Shown piece by piece: positions 1-9,198 of a stretch of 64,000 nucleotides of DNA (positions are counted from its first letter, which is position 1; each line of letters starts with the position of its first letter). The DNA comes from an uncultured Pseudomonadales bacterium. GTDB lineage: Bacteria; Patescibacteriota; Microgenomatia; UBA1400; PJMF01. The DNA is taken from positions 197,015-261,014 of the forward strand of contig CAYOQI010000001.1 in the NCBI GenBank assembly GCA_964406075.1, in the 5' to 3' direction. The notes beneath the pieces are model-generated. The model saw nothing but the letters and a program-made list of their open reading frames with translations, was not told where the DNA came from and did no database searches. The translations under genes and the position numbers were made by a program.

Positions 1-120
1 GATAAAAAAAGCGTGGACTGCAACCAGGAAATAATCGCGATGTTTCATGAGGATATTTTAACAGGAAAAGAGATCCCGGATTCCCTGCCTACCGGCAGGC
101 AGGTCTGCCCAAGGGGAGAG

Positions 121-155
121 AAAACATACAGAATGACAAAAGTCATACTGTATGT
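121..155 (-). terminator. Stem-loop downstream of the 218..856 gene, a possible intrinsic terminator
   Basis: Arms ACATACAGAATGAC (124-137) and GTCATACTGTATGT (142-155) pair at 13 of 14 positions. On the minus strand a short U-run follows (TTTTCTCTCC). Confidence 0.45.
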
Positions 156-217
156 AAAAAACTACTGGGATTTAAGACATAGCCCCGGGATCACTCCTGG
201 GGCCGTCTAGTTGCACG

Positions 218-856
218 TCATTTTGCCAACGCAGGGTAAATAGAGCAAACGTGAAAGAGTGTATTTCCGTCCTCGGTGGCGAGTTTGTAGCATGCGATAT
301 AAACTCGCTTATGCTCCTTTGTCCAGCTGAAATCACTGAAAGGGTCGGTCTTTTCTCCATTCCTTAGTTGGTGTGTCTCAAGGCTTGGGTTCAGATAGAC
401 TGTCCCAATAAAACGTAACTCTCCACCAACTCTTTGTACTTGTTGGATATCAAAAACGAATTTCTGCTTTCTTTCGTGAACGACTTCGACAACTTGTCCA
501 ATTAGTTGACTTAAGTCGGTAACGAAAAACAAATTGTTTTTCGTATCCAGTAAGAACGGTTGTCCATGTATCCACGCTTCGTGAGTGAAATCAGGCTGAT
601 GCCGGATCACATGGGGAGAAACAAAGATGTCTTCTTCCTTGGAACTAAGATATTCTTCGACTTGGCTCAAAAGAACCGGCATGTTTCCTATTATCCACTG
701 AGTTCTATGAGGAAAAACGACTTGGTATGCCAATCTTGACAGTCTTGAGGCAGCAATAATTGCATCATGCAACTTACCTGTTGCACGAGCATGCCTTACC
801 CAACAAATTACGTCATCTAACAAAAGAGCAAAATCCCGATTATCAATCTCTGCCAT
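218..856 (-). CDS. hypothetical protein (212 aa)
   Basis: Uninterrupted ORF from the track. I recognise no motif. Hairpins follow its stop codon. Confidence 0.5.
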   Translation of the reverse strand: MAEIDNRDFALLLDDVICWVRHARATGKLHDAIIAASRLSRLAYQVVFPHRTQWIIGNMPVLLSQVEEYLSSKEEDIFVSPHVIRHQPDFTHEAWIHGQPFLLDTKNNLFFVTDLSQLIGQVVEVVHERKQKFVFDIQQVQRVGGELRFIGTVYLNPSLETHQLRNGEKTDPFSDFSWTKEHKRVYIACYKLATEDGNTLFHVCSIYPALAK

Positions 857-908
857 TTTCTCATACCTCTTACATTTGAATATTTGAACGAGCGAACCAG
901 ACGTGGGG

Positions 909-917
909 ATTATACCA
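909..917 (-). promoter_or_regulatory. Candidate extended -10 element (TGGTATAAT on the minus strand) upstream of 218..856
   Basis: The plus strand reads attatacca at 909-917, which is TGGTATAAT on the minus strand. It lies about 55 nt upstream of the ATG at 856. No good -35 element. Confidence 0.3.
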
Positions 918-1057
918 TTTCAAGTTATGATGGTATTTGAAGTACTACACAACTCTCTTCCTCTGGACTTCTTTGCTTCACCACGAAAGCTACACGTGGT
1001 CATACGTCTATAGGTTCTCTTCAAGCAGAGAATCATTTTGTGATTTTCAATGATAAA

Positions 1058-1078
1058 AACTCGATACCTCGACGAGTT
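1058..1078 (-). terminator. Weak stem-loop with a U-run after the 1090..2028 gene
   Basis: Minus strand reads AACTCG-TCGAGGTAT-CGAGTT followed by TTTAT. The stem is 6 bp. Confidence 0.4.
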
Positions 1079-1081
1079 TCA

Positions 1082-1111
1082 CCCCACCTTCACCGGTGGG
1101 GTTTTTCTTTT
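1082..1111 (+). terminator. Strong plus-strand intrinsic-terminator-like hairpin with no plus-strand ORF upstream (orphan)
   Basis: CCCCACC (1082-1088), loop ttcacc, GGTGGGG (1095-1101), then TTTTTCTTTT. It overlaps the stop codon of the minus-strand ORF 1090..2028. Confidence 0.55.
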
Positions 1112-2028
1112 AAGATCTGAGGCAAGCTAAATTTTTTGTAATTTTCTGCAATAATTCTCTTCATTTTTTTCACAAGTTGCATACACATAAACCGCGCTTC
1201 TGGATGCGACAAATCTTTAATCGTTTCAGTGAGGGTGTCCAAAGCCTTTTCCATCTTTTCCGTTTGTCTGAGAAAATAAAAATGAATGAAACGATTATTT
1301 ACTACTTCTTCGTAGGAAGATTCTGTCGTCAAACGGGCACTTTTCAAAACTTCTGCTGGAATGTTTTTTATATTCCGAGGCCAATCGATATGCAAATCCC
1401 GGATACTGTAGAGTTGTCCTTGTGCGTAACACAGTGCTTGTAAACGTTCCAAAATAGGTTCTCCATTTTCCTCAAACTTCAGCTCGTCAGGAACAAGAAA
1501 TTTCTGTTGGCCTAATCCATAACATAAAATGTTGACTGAATCTTTGAAAGCATTGTAGAAATAACGATCCAAGTCTGTTTTACTCAAAGCAGGCTGAACG
1601 TCCTCAAGACTTGATCTATCAAAATCGTATTGAATATAGACTATGGCCTGTGAAAAGAGTGTGATGACTACTTCATCATCAACCCCTTTTTCTGAAAAAA
1701 GACTAATAATTTCATCATAAAGAGGAGTTACAGAAACAGCTTGTTGATCATAAGGATTTGAGACATATCCAAGAATATTTATTAATTCCTTCTTCTGATC
1801 CTCTCGTTTTGTAAAATCTGGATGATCTCCATCTCCCACATCATCTGCATACCGAAGCAATAAATAGGAATACTTCGCCAATAATCGTTCTGTTTCTTCC
1901 ACACCTCGCAACCGCATCAATACTTCATAGTATCCAAAGTATTGAAGAAACTTTGTGAATTTTAAATCCAAAAGTCGCTTCATCTCTTTTCGAGCAAATT
2001 CTTCAGCGGAAAATTCTTTTTCTGGCAT
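1090..2028 (-). CDS. hypothetical helical protein (312 aa) with weak resemblance to class-1 isoprenoid (squalene/phytoene) synthase motifs
   Basis: Long ORF. The acidic box LLRYADDVGDGD and a later YSIRDLHIDW are reminiscent of the DDxxD and RDxxxD boxes. This is motif-level resemblance only. Confidence 0.5.
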   Translation of the reverse strand: MPEKEFSAEEFARKEMKRLLDLKFTKFLQYFGYYEVLMRLRGVEETERLLAKYSYLLLRYADDVGDGDHPDFTKREDQKKELINILGYVSNPYDQQAVSVTPLYDEIISLFSEKGVDDEVVITLFSQAIVYIQYDFDRSSLEDVQPALSKTDLDRYFYNAFKDSVNILCYGLGQQKFLVPDELKFEENGEPILERLQALCYAQGQLYSIRDLHIDWPRNIKNIPAEVLKSARLTTESSYEEVVNNRFIHFYFLRQTEKMEKALDTLTETIKDLSHPEARFMCMQLVKKMKRIIAENYKKFSLPQILKEKPHR

Positions 2029-2080
2029 AACTCCACTCTATGAGAAATCAAAATGGAATTCAAGTTCGATGAGAAGGAGA

Positions 2081-2812
2081 TTACTTTTTTTCAATTTCAG
2101 CCACGATAGCCATGTGGTCACTCACACCACTGACAACGCGAACATCGTGTGCAGAATATTGGGGTGTGGTAAAAAGATGATCAACAACCAAAGGGCGAAG
2201 AGTGTCACCGACGCGATGTAAATCATTATCAATCGTTGTTTGAACATCTTGAGGAATATTGTCCGTAAACTTTTCAGCAAGCAATGAAAAAATTTCTCCT
2301 CCGCGTGGAGAGTTGAAATCTCCAGTTAAAATTAATTCGAAATGCGAGTCTAAGACTGAGAATAAGGTGTGAATATCTTTTTGCTGATCTTCATTTGTCC
2401 CACCATCATCTGCCCAAGTAAAATGTGTCATTGCTAAGTGATAAACCTGACCGTCTTTTTCTACGTCTGCAAACAGTACATATCGGTTGACCGAGTTGGG
2501 TTCACCAATTACGAAGTCCGGAACTGTATTCGGCTCTCCTTTGTATAGAACTGCAGAAGTTGTGACAGGAAGTTTTGTAAACAAGGCGATGCCCCAATTC
2601 CCTTTTTGGGCCAGTCGGTACGGATTGGGCTGAGTAATACTAGCCATGGAAATATGTGTTCCTTTCATTCCTAACTTTTCTTCAAACATCGGAATATCCA
2701 CTTCCCACATTTCTTGGAGGCAAATCACATCAGGATTTTCTTTTTTAAAAAATGGGAAAATTTTGTCGTAGTGGTTGTCACCTTCGATGTTAAGGGAGAT
2801 GAGTTTTAGCAT
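2081..2812 (-). CDS. endonuclease/exonuclease/phosphatase (EEP) family protein
   Basis: LKLISLNIEG...DVICLQE...LTGDFNS...SDHMAIVAEI matches the EEP catalytic motifs. I placed the start at the ATG at 2812 (MLKLISLN). The track ORF extends to 2836. Confidence 0.85.
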   Translation of the reverse strand: MLKLISLNIEGDNHYDKIFPFFKKENPDVICLQEMWEVDIPMFEEKLGMKGTHISMASITQPNPYRLAQKGNWGIALFTKLPVTTSAVLYKGEPNTVPDFVIGEPNSVNRYVLFADVEKDGQVYHLAMTHFTWADDGGTNEDQQKDIHTLFSVLDSHFELILTGDFNSPRGGEIFSLLAEKFTDNIPQDVQTTIDNDLHRVGDTLRPLVVDHLFTTPQYSAHDVRVVSGVSDHMAIVAEIEKK

Positions 2813-2881
2813 GAATGTCGACATTATATACTTCAAATAGATTAACTATCTTTTTCCTCTTTAATTTTGTAGGCTGTAGAC

Positions 2882-3361
2882 ATGATGAGACTCATTCTGT
2901 TTGTGTTATTTCTGTTTTTAATTTTGTTGTTCTTTTTTGCCTTCATTTCCTATCGCCATATCAAAACCCAACAATCTGTTGCTCAGTCTGAATACTTGAA
3001 TGGAAAAGTTCCTGCTCCACTTCCTGATGGACTCATGAAAGGTTCGATCGATGGACCCAAAGTGTCTTGGCAAGGGAAAAAGTTCGATCAAAAAACTACA
3101 ACTGGAATTAACTTGTTTAAACAAAAAGACGGAACAGTGAAAGAACTCTATCCATTTAAAACATATGTGGGAAAAGGTGCAGTCGATACTCAGCTCGATA
3201 CATTGAAGATTGATTACGACATTCCAGAAAATCCACTCTGGCTGAGATTTATTTTGGATGAAATCGTTGAAGTTGAGCCAGGAAAGTACCTTGGCAAAGT
3301 CTTTTTACGACTGAGTCCAAATGTTTCTTTCGCGTTGGGATACTTCAGGTTGGAAAATTAA
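2882..3361 (+). CDS. hypothetical membrane-anchored protein (159 aa)
   Basis: N-terminal hydrophobic helix LILFVLFLFLILLFFFAFI followed by a soluble domain. No motif recognised. Confidence 0.55.
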   Translation: MMRLILFVLFLFLILLFFFAFISYRHIKTQQSVAQSEYLNGKVPAPLPDGLMKGSIDGPKVSWQGKKFDQKTTTGINLFKQKDGTVKELYPFKTYVGKGAVDTQLDTLKIDYDIPENPLWLRFILDEIVEVEPGKYLGKVFLRLSPNVSFALGYFRLEN

Positions 3362-3579
3362 TTTACTTTTCTTCGGGTGAAAATGATACTGTTTCCAATA
3401 CACGATGGCCAAAAAAATTCGGCACGATGGTGATCCAAAATAATAGTCGTTAATTCATTGGCTACATTCGAAACACTGCCAGAATCAACAGTTACCGTGA
3501 TACTTTTATCTTTAGATTGAGTCACTTGATCCCAAACTATTCGAGCCTCAGGTGATAATTCGGTCTGACTCACTGCCAT
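3358..3579 (-). CDS. hypothetical small protein (73 aa)
   Basis: ORF only. It is convergent with 2882..3361 and overlaps it by 4 nt. Confidence 0.35.
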   Translation of the reverse strand: MAVSQTELSPEARIVWDQVTQSKDKSITVTVDSGSVSNVANELTTIILDHHRAEFFWPSCIGNSIIFTRRKVN

Positions 3580-3717
3580 ACATTCCTTTTCTCCTCAACA
3601 AAAAAAACAACTCTAAATACATTGCTGTATTTCAATCGATTTTTCGCGTCGGTTGGGTTTGGTGCTCAATCAAGTGTCGGTAATAGGTCTGGACTTGATT
3701 GAACGAAATTATTTTGA

Positions 3718-3733
3718 TTCTCAATATTGAGAA
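3718..3733. promoter_or_regulatory. Perfect 16-bp palindrome TTCTCAATATTGAGAA in a divergent intergenic region (candidate operator)
   Basis: Read directly from the sequence. A 10-bp-stem hairpin TCAATCAAGT/ACTTGATTGA lies just upstream (about 3666-3706). Confidence 0.4.
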
Positions 3734-3953
3734 GAGTGAAGTATACACCCAGATTACAGAATCCTGTCAAGATCCTTGATAGAACCTCACATATATGTTG
3801 TTCTTGTACAAGTTATATAAGAAAACATCACTTCCTTATTCTTTTTTAGGTTGCTAGAATGTTCGATGGTTAGTGTGCGATAGAGTAGAAAACGACTTGC
3901 TACATCTTTTTAAATCTTTTACCGCTTTGTCTTCTGTCACCAGAAGATATCAG

Positions 3954-3994
3954 GAGCAGTTCTTCCAACTAAAAACTGCTCGTCCATTTTTTTT
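3954..3994 (+). terminator. Terminator-like hairpin 60 nt upstream of purA with no ORF before it
   Basis: GAGCAGTT (3954-3961) pairs with AACTGCTC (3974-3981). A T8 run follows at 3987-3994. A smaller hairpin TCTTCTG/CAGAAGA lies at about 3930-3947. Confidence 0.5.
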
Positions 3995-4055
3995 CTTCAA
4001 AAATAAACTGTTAATTTGTTACTCATTTTTTTATTTATAAACTAAAGGAAAACCT

Positions 4056-5417
4056 ATGAACGTTTTTCGCGCCAAGACGTATGCTTTTTGTGGTGGAGCA
4101 TTTGGAGATGAAGGCAAAGGACGGATCGTCGATATGATCGCGCATGATCTGTCGATACATGGTCCCGTTGTGGTCTATCGGGACAATGGAGGTGCGAATG
4201 CGGGACATACCGTGGAGTTTTCTAATGGCCAACGGGTAGCACTTCATCAACTTCCGTCTGGTGTCTTTATCAAACGGACCACAGTAGTCTTGGGAAAGGA
4301 AATGGTCCTGCATCCTGGTGATTTAATTACTGAACTTGATCAAGTCATGAATGTCTCAGTCGTGACCGATCGCGCTACAATTTTGATCGACGAACTAGCC
4401 CTGCTCTCCCTCGATACACATCGAGCCTACGAAAGTGTGCTCAAACAATGGCAGTCTGGAGGAAAAGGCTCAACTGGTCGTGGAGTGTCACCAGCGTATG
4501 CCGACGTCTTGTTGAGACATCCACTCAGAATGCGAGATCTCATTTCATTTGATGAGAAAAAAATCACTCAACATTATGAAATGTACACAGCGCTCATAAA
4601 AGGTCTGGGAGAAAACATGGAAAAATTAACTGTGGCTACTTTAGCTGGAGAAAGTATCGTTGTTGGGAATTTACCAACCTTTTTAAAACGGTTGAAGAAA
4701 CAAGCCGATCAACTCAGAACGTATGTAGACAATGTTCAGGAATTTTTGCAAAAAAAATGGAAGGATAAAAAAGTCGGCTTTGTCTTTGAAAAAGCCCAAG
4801 CCATCGGGCTCGATTTTCGGTGGGGTGTCTATCCTGACATTACAGCTTCAGACACTACTTTTGACGGAATCTTTTCTGCTACTCAAGGTGTGATTGATCC
4901 TGATCTGATCAAAATGAAGGCTGGCGTCATCAAAGCTACCTATATGTCCAGTGTTGGAACACGCAAATTACCGACTGAAATAAAAGGAAAACTGGCAGAA
5001 CGCATTCGTGAGGATGCACACGAGTATGGAGCGACAACAAAAAGACCGCGTGATATCGCCTATCTTGATTTGCCAGCTCTGAAATTTTTCAGCAAAGTTG
5101 GACGTCTCAATAGTTTGGTTTTAACTCACATGGATGTCTGCTATCCTGATCAGCCCATCCAAGTCTGTATCAAGTATCAAGTAAAAGGGAAAACAGTGGA
5201 GTATCAACCCGACCAACTCTTTTTGAATTCAGTCAAACCAGTGTATAAAAAGTTTGCCCCATGGAATGTTGAAAAGTTAAGAAAGGCTCGCAATTTTGAC
5301 GAACTCCCAAGTCAGGCAAAAAAGTTCCTTCAATTTTTATCCATCCAATTTGAAATGCCAATTACCTGGATCACGACAGGACCACAGCGAGAACAAGGAA
5401 TAAAAATAGAGCTTTAA
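4056..5417 (+). CDS. purA: adenylosuccinate synthetase
   Basis: GDEGKGRIVD P-loop, GGANAGHTV and GATTKRPRD motifs. 453 aa. An AAAGGAAAA purine tract precedes the ATG. Confidence 0.9.
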   Translation: MNVFRAKTYAFCGGAFGDEGKGRIVDMIAHDLSIHGPVVVYRDNGGANAGHTVEFSNGQRVALHQLPSGVFIKRTTVVLGKEMVLHPGDLITELDQVMNVSVVTDRATILIDELALLSLDTHRAYESVLKQWQSGGKGSTGRGVSPAYADVLLRHPLRMRDLISFDEKKITQHYEMYTALIKGLGENMEKLTVATLAGESIVVGNLPTFLKRLKKQADQLRTYVDNVQEFLQKKWKDKKVGFVFEKAQAIGLDFRWGVYPDITASDTTFDGIFSATQGVIDPDLIKMKAGVIKATYMSSVGTRKLPTEIKGKLAERIREDAHEYGATTKRPRDIAYLDLPALKFFSKVGRLNSLVLTHMDVCYPDQPIQVCIKYQVKGKTVEYQPDQLFLNSVKPVYKKFAPWNVEKLRKARNFDELPSQAKKFLQFLSIQFEMPITWITTGPQREQGIKIEL

Positions 5418-5515
5418 GATTCTCTACAAATCGTCTTCATGTCCTATAGTGTTGATATTTCTTCTTTTTTTGCTATAATTCGCTGTTCGTTCAAATAGTT
5501 CATGAGGTTGAAACT

Positions 5516-5857
5516 GTGAACCCGCTTCTTAAGAAGTATCTGAAGGCAGTAGTAAAGAATTTGCTTGTTGCAGCAATAGTAGCTCTGATTGCCAGAGTTC
5601 TGTTTCATGCCAATGAGTGGGGTATCTTCCTCCTATGGGGGATAGTCGCAGTCACAATTAACACAGTTGGATTAGTGATAACGCATTTCACGATCAAGAG
5701 CTTAGAGGAGCAATTGGAAATGCCTTATCTGCACTTATATGAGGCGTATGTTGTGCACAAAATCCATAGGCAAATACCTATGGAACAATGGACACAGCCC
5801 ATCGTCTACTATTATTTGACTTTATATCGGACGACGGGTGGGAAACCACTCCTGTAG
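5516..5857 (+). CDS. hypothetical membrane protein (113 aa)
   Basis: GTG start. Two predicted TM helices. A terminator follows. Confidence 0.45.
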   Translation: MNPLLKKYLKAVVKNLLVAAIVALIARVLFHANEWGIFLLWGIVAVTINTVGLVITHFTIKSLEEQLEMPYLHLYEAYVVHKIHRQIPMEQWTQPIVYYYLTLYRTTGGKPLL

Positions 5858-5880
5858 GCGATGAAAGCCATGAATCGAAC

Positions 5881-5912
5881 GAAGCGCTTCTAACTAGGAG
5901 CGCTTTTTTTTG
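5881..5912 (+). terminator. intrinsic terminator
   Basis: GAAGCGCT...AGCGCTT stem followed by a T8 run. Confidence 0.7.
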
Positions 5913-6014
5913 CGTTTAGAAACTGATATCTACTGCTCCGTCATCCCTGAAAACCTTTTCTTCATTTTAACTTTTCTTTACTCCTAGCTTGATGAATGAG
6001 ATGATATTTTTCAC

Positions 6015-7172
6015 ATGTTTATTATTCTCCTCCTCGCTTTTGGAATTTCAGCCTATTTTCTCTATTCTCAAAAAAGACCACTGAAACAATTACTCTTGCT
6101 TCCTGTCGCACCTCTCTATTTCGCAGTGCTTAATCTTCGTCATCACATGGAACAAACAGCCTTGATGTCGGCCGGATTAACTATCCTTACTCTTATTTTT
6201 CTTTTTTCTCCAAATCTCTTTCTTCAACTGATACTTTTTGCACTTTATTTTGGCTGGAGCTCTGTACTGATTTACTTTGGTGGTGTTCCAAACACTGGTG
6301 CCCGCTCCGCAATACCATATAAAAAAGCTTTTCCACCAATTGTTTTGAATACTCCAAAAAAAGGTTTAGAGTTACTCGTTTTTCAAACTGGGAAAATTGA
6401 AACTGGAAGTTGGGGTGTGTATGAAGGTCCATCTAAACCCATCGTAATGGATGAAGCTGCTTTTGTGATCAAACATCCCACTCATGGCTACATTATGTAT
6501 GAAACTGGAATTCATCCGGAAGTTTCATCTGATCCAGTCGGATATGTCGGACCACTGCTCTACTTTGGCGGATTTTTAAAAATGGAACAAGAAAAGCATC
6601 AAGATATTCTCAGCCAACTCAAAAAAAATCGGATTACATTAAATGACATTAAAACTATTTTTGTCTCTCACCTCCATCCTGAACATGGCGGCGCCATCAC
6701 TTCTTTTCCTGATACGCCAATTGCGGTGGATAAAAAAGAGTACGACTATGCATTCAACAAACCAAAATACAATTATTTTGAAAAAGAATATAAAACGGTA
6801 GAAAAATGGAAGCTCCTCGATTTTGAGCAGAAAAATGACTTCGAACCGTTTGAGGGAGCTATTGACTGGTTCAAGGATGGTTCAGTCTTTGTCATTTCAA
6901 CCCCAGGCCATACTCCCGGTCATATTTCTCTGCTACTGAATCTTCCTCAAGGACCTGTCTTTCTGGTTGGTGACATCATTTGGAAACAAGAAAATTTGAG
7001 TACCCAAACAATTGGTATGCCTTTTGTGAGTGTGGATGGTGAAGCCCATCGAAAAGCCCTCGGGCAGCTGACAAAATTCGTTGAAGTAAATCCTGAAGTC
7101 CTCATCGTCCCGAGTCATGATTTGAGGAATGTGAAAAATACCAGCAGAGGTGATATCAAAATTGTTAACTAA
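6015..7172 (+). CDS. MBL-fold metallo-hydrolase with an N-terminal multi-TM segment
   Basis: VSHLHPEHGG (HxHxxH-type zinc motif), TPGHTPGH and PSHD. The N-terminal region of about 90 aa is hydrophobic. Confidence 0.8.
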   Translation: MFIILLLAFGISAYFLYSQKRPLKQLLLLPVAPLYFAVLNLRHHMEQTALMSAGLTILTLIFLFSPNLFLQLILFALYFGWSSVLIYFGGVPNTGARSAIPYKKAFPPIVLNTPKKGLELLVFQTGKIETGSWGVYEGPSKPIVMDEAAFVIKHPTHGYIMYETGIHPEVSSDPVGYVGPLLYFGGFLKMEQEKHQDILSQLKKNRITLNDIKTIFVSHLHPEHGGAITSFPDTPIAVDKKEYDYAFNKPKYNYFEKEYKTVEKWKLLDFEQKNDFEPFEGAIDWFKDGSVFVISTPGHTPGHISLLLNLPQGPVFLVGDIIWKQENLSTQTIGMPFVSVDGEAHRKALGQLTKFVEVNPEVLIVPSHDLRNVKNTSRGDIKIVN

Positions 7173-7248
7173 ATGTTATCCAATATAACTTTTAAGTTAA
7201 ATAACTCTCAATACACGATCGCCACATTTCATCTAGTCTTGTTCAATT

Positions 7249-7713
7249 TCAATTTCGGGGCCGAATAGGAAACAATTTTCTTTCAAATTCACTCGTCTTA
7301 ATGCTAAATGTAAACTCTTGTGAGAGTAAATACTGTCTCTGTCGATCGTAGTCTTCCAAAGCTTCTTCACGACTTTCATACCAGTTTGGAACGCTCCCAA
7401 TTCCAGCTCCATCAAGAACTGAGGAAGTGACAAATTCTGTAGTTTCTTCGCCAACATACGTAATAAGGGCATACGAAAACTGCCCATAACCATGAAAATA
7501 GATAACTTCTTGATCTATGTCTACACTTTCTGTGACCTTCGGGGTCATTTTTGACTTATGATTTTGTAAGCTATTTTGTTCCAGCAGTACAGCAACCATA
7601 TTTCTCCTATCTCCCCAATAACAACAGGAACCAAGTAAATGCCAATCGATTCCATTCAAAGGGAAAAAAGGGATTGTAGTCCAAAGCAAAACTGAATGCA
7701 ACACTCCCTTCAT
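7249..7713 (-). CDS. hypothetical protein
   Basis: The track ORF 7249..7788 overlaps the start of the well-supported KamA gene. I trimmed it to the internal ATG (MKGVLHS). No motif recognised. Confidence 0.35.
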   Translation of the reverse strand: MKGVLHSVLLWTTIPFFPLNGIDWHLLGSCCYWGDRRNMVAVLLEQNSLQNHKSKMTPKVTESVDIDQEVIYFHGYGQFSYALITYVGEETTEFVTSSVLDGAGIGSVPNWYESREEALEDYDRQRQYLLSQEFTFSIKTSEFERKLFPIRPRN

Positions 7714-7733
7714 ACTCACGTTATAATTCCGGA

Positions 7734-8777
7734 ATGCATTCGACGGATATTCGGACAGTTCAACAACTTGAAAGTTTTTTGCACTCAAAAAAGCTCACAT
7801 GGAAAGAGTGTGGACTTCCTGACCCTACACTTTTTGACGAAACATTTCCCGTTCGAATTCCGCTTTTCTATGCGAATTTAATTGATTGGAAAAATCCTAA
7901 TGATCCATTACGGTTAATGGTGATTCCAGATCAAAATGAAAAAGATATTAAAGAATATGAACTGCTCGACCCTATTGGGGATACTTCACACGAACCCGTA
8001 CCCGGACTCATTCACCGATACCCTGATCGCTGTCTCTTCCTCTTCACGACACATTGTGCGGTGCATTGTCGATTTTGTTTTCGACGCGATGTGATCGGAC
8101 AACCACGTCCCGCGGAAATTTTGAATGCGATTGAGTATATTAAAAATCATACGGAGATTCGAGAAGTTATCTTTACCGGTGGAGATCCTGGAATATTCCC
8201 GGCTGGATTTTTAGAAAATATTTTTCAAAAATTATCACCACTTTCCCATGTGAAAGCGATTCGATTTCATACTCGGGCGCTTGTTAGCAACCCAGTAGGG
8301 ATAACGCCAACGTGGATTACATCATTTGATCTATTATCCCAACAAAAAGTAGTTGTGCTTCACATCAATCATGTTCGGGAGATTTCAGAAGAATTAAAAA
8401 CTCTGGTTCAAAATTTACTTAAAAATAATTTCAAAATGTATTCACAAAGTGTGTTACTCAAAGGTGTAAATAACAGTTCCGAAGATTTGAAACAACTGTT
8501 CTTAGGAATTGTCGATGCTGGTATCACTCCTTATTATCTTCATCATCTCGATTATGCCCGCGGGACACATCATTTCAGAATATCAGTGGAAGAAGGAAAA
8601 AAGCTTTTTTCAAGTTTACGTGGAAAAATTGCAGGTTATGCTCTGCCGGAATATGTGATTGATTTACCCGGAGGCGATGGAAAGTATCCCGTTTTGTGGA
8701 TGAAAAAATTAGAGGGAAATATGTATGAGGCAAAAAGTTGGAATGGCGAAAAAGTTATATACCGAGATCAAGCATAG
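7734..8777 (+). CDS. KamA-family radical SAM protein (lysine 2,3-aminomutase / EpmB-like)
   Basis: CAVHCRFCFRR (CxxxCxxC cluster), PGLIHRYPDR and FTGGDP, as in the KamA/YjeK family. Confidence 0.85.
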   Translation: MHSTDIRTVQQLESFLHSKKLTWKECGLPDPTLFDETFPVRIPLFYANLIDWKNPNDPLRLMVIPDQNEKDIKEYELLDPIGDTSHEPVPGLIHRYPDRCLFLFTTHCAVHCRFCFRRDVIGQPRPAEILNAIEYIKNHTEIREVIFTGGDPGIFPAGFLENIFQKLSPLSHVKAIRFHTRALVSNPVGITPTWITSFDLLSQQKVVVLHINHVREISEELKTLVQNLLKNNFKMYSQSVLLKGVNNSSEDLKQLFLGIVDAGITPYYLHHLDYARGTHHFRISVEEGKKLFSSLRGKIAGYALPEYVIDLPGGDGKYPVLWMKKLEGNMYEAKSWNGEKVIYRDQA

Positions 8778-9195
8778 TTTTTTTTAATACTTCAATATCT
8801 TTGCGAGTCACCACAGACAATGGTAACTTTTCTGCTTCATCAAGTGTGAACCACCCAATCTCATCGGTTTTTCCAGGTTCCATGATGGAAGGAGTCCCTT
8901 CAACAATCTCACAAATATAACTCGGTGCCACCCAATGTTGTTTTTCGTCTGGAAGAATGTGATCGGTAAGATGAAGTAATTTTTTGACTTTTATTTTTAT
9001 TCCAAATTCTTCAAAGGTTTCGCGGATGATTGCTTGCTCGAAGGTCTCACCAAATTCAAGCGCACCACCCGGAATTTCCCACTTCCCTCGTTCGTTTTTG
9101 GCCAGAGGTCCACGTTTTGACAAAAAAACTTTCCCATCTGAATTGACAAGAATTGCACCTACTCCCACACCAATGAAATCAAGACCTGGTTTCAT
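8755..9195 (-). CDS. NUDIX hydrolase
   Basis: Nudix box GGALEFGETFEQAIIRETFEEFGI. Confidence 0.85.
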   Translation of the reverse strand: MKPGLDFIGVGVGAILVNSDGKVFLSKRGPLAKNERGKWEIPGGALEFGETFEQAIIRETFEEFGIKIKVKKLLHLTDHILPDEKQHWVAPSYICEIVEGTPSIMEPGKTDEIGWFTLDEAEKLPLSVVTRKDIEVLKKTMLDLGI

Positions 9196-9198
9196 ACA

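Noticed and set aside
13-210. 65-aa plus-strand ORF at the window edge
   Set aside because: It is made almost entirely of stem-loops (CCTGCC/GGCAGG, the 14-bp-arm hairpin at 124-155 and GCCCCGGG/CCTGGGGC). These look like the 3' structures of the minus-strand gene 218..856. There is no RBS and the peptide is not protein-like.
3580-4055. Purine, ZTP or PRPP riboswitch upstream of purA
   Set aside because: I could not find the conserved junction sequences of these classes by eye. The region is reported only as an unexplained structured spacer.
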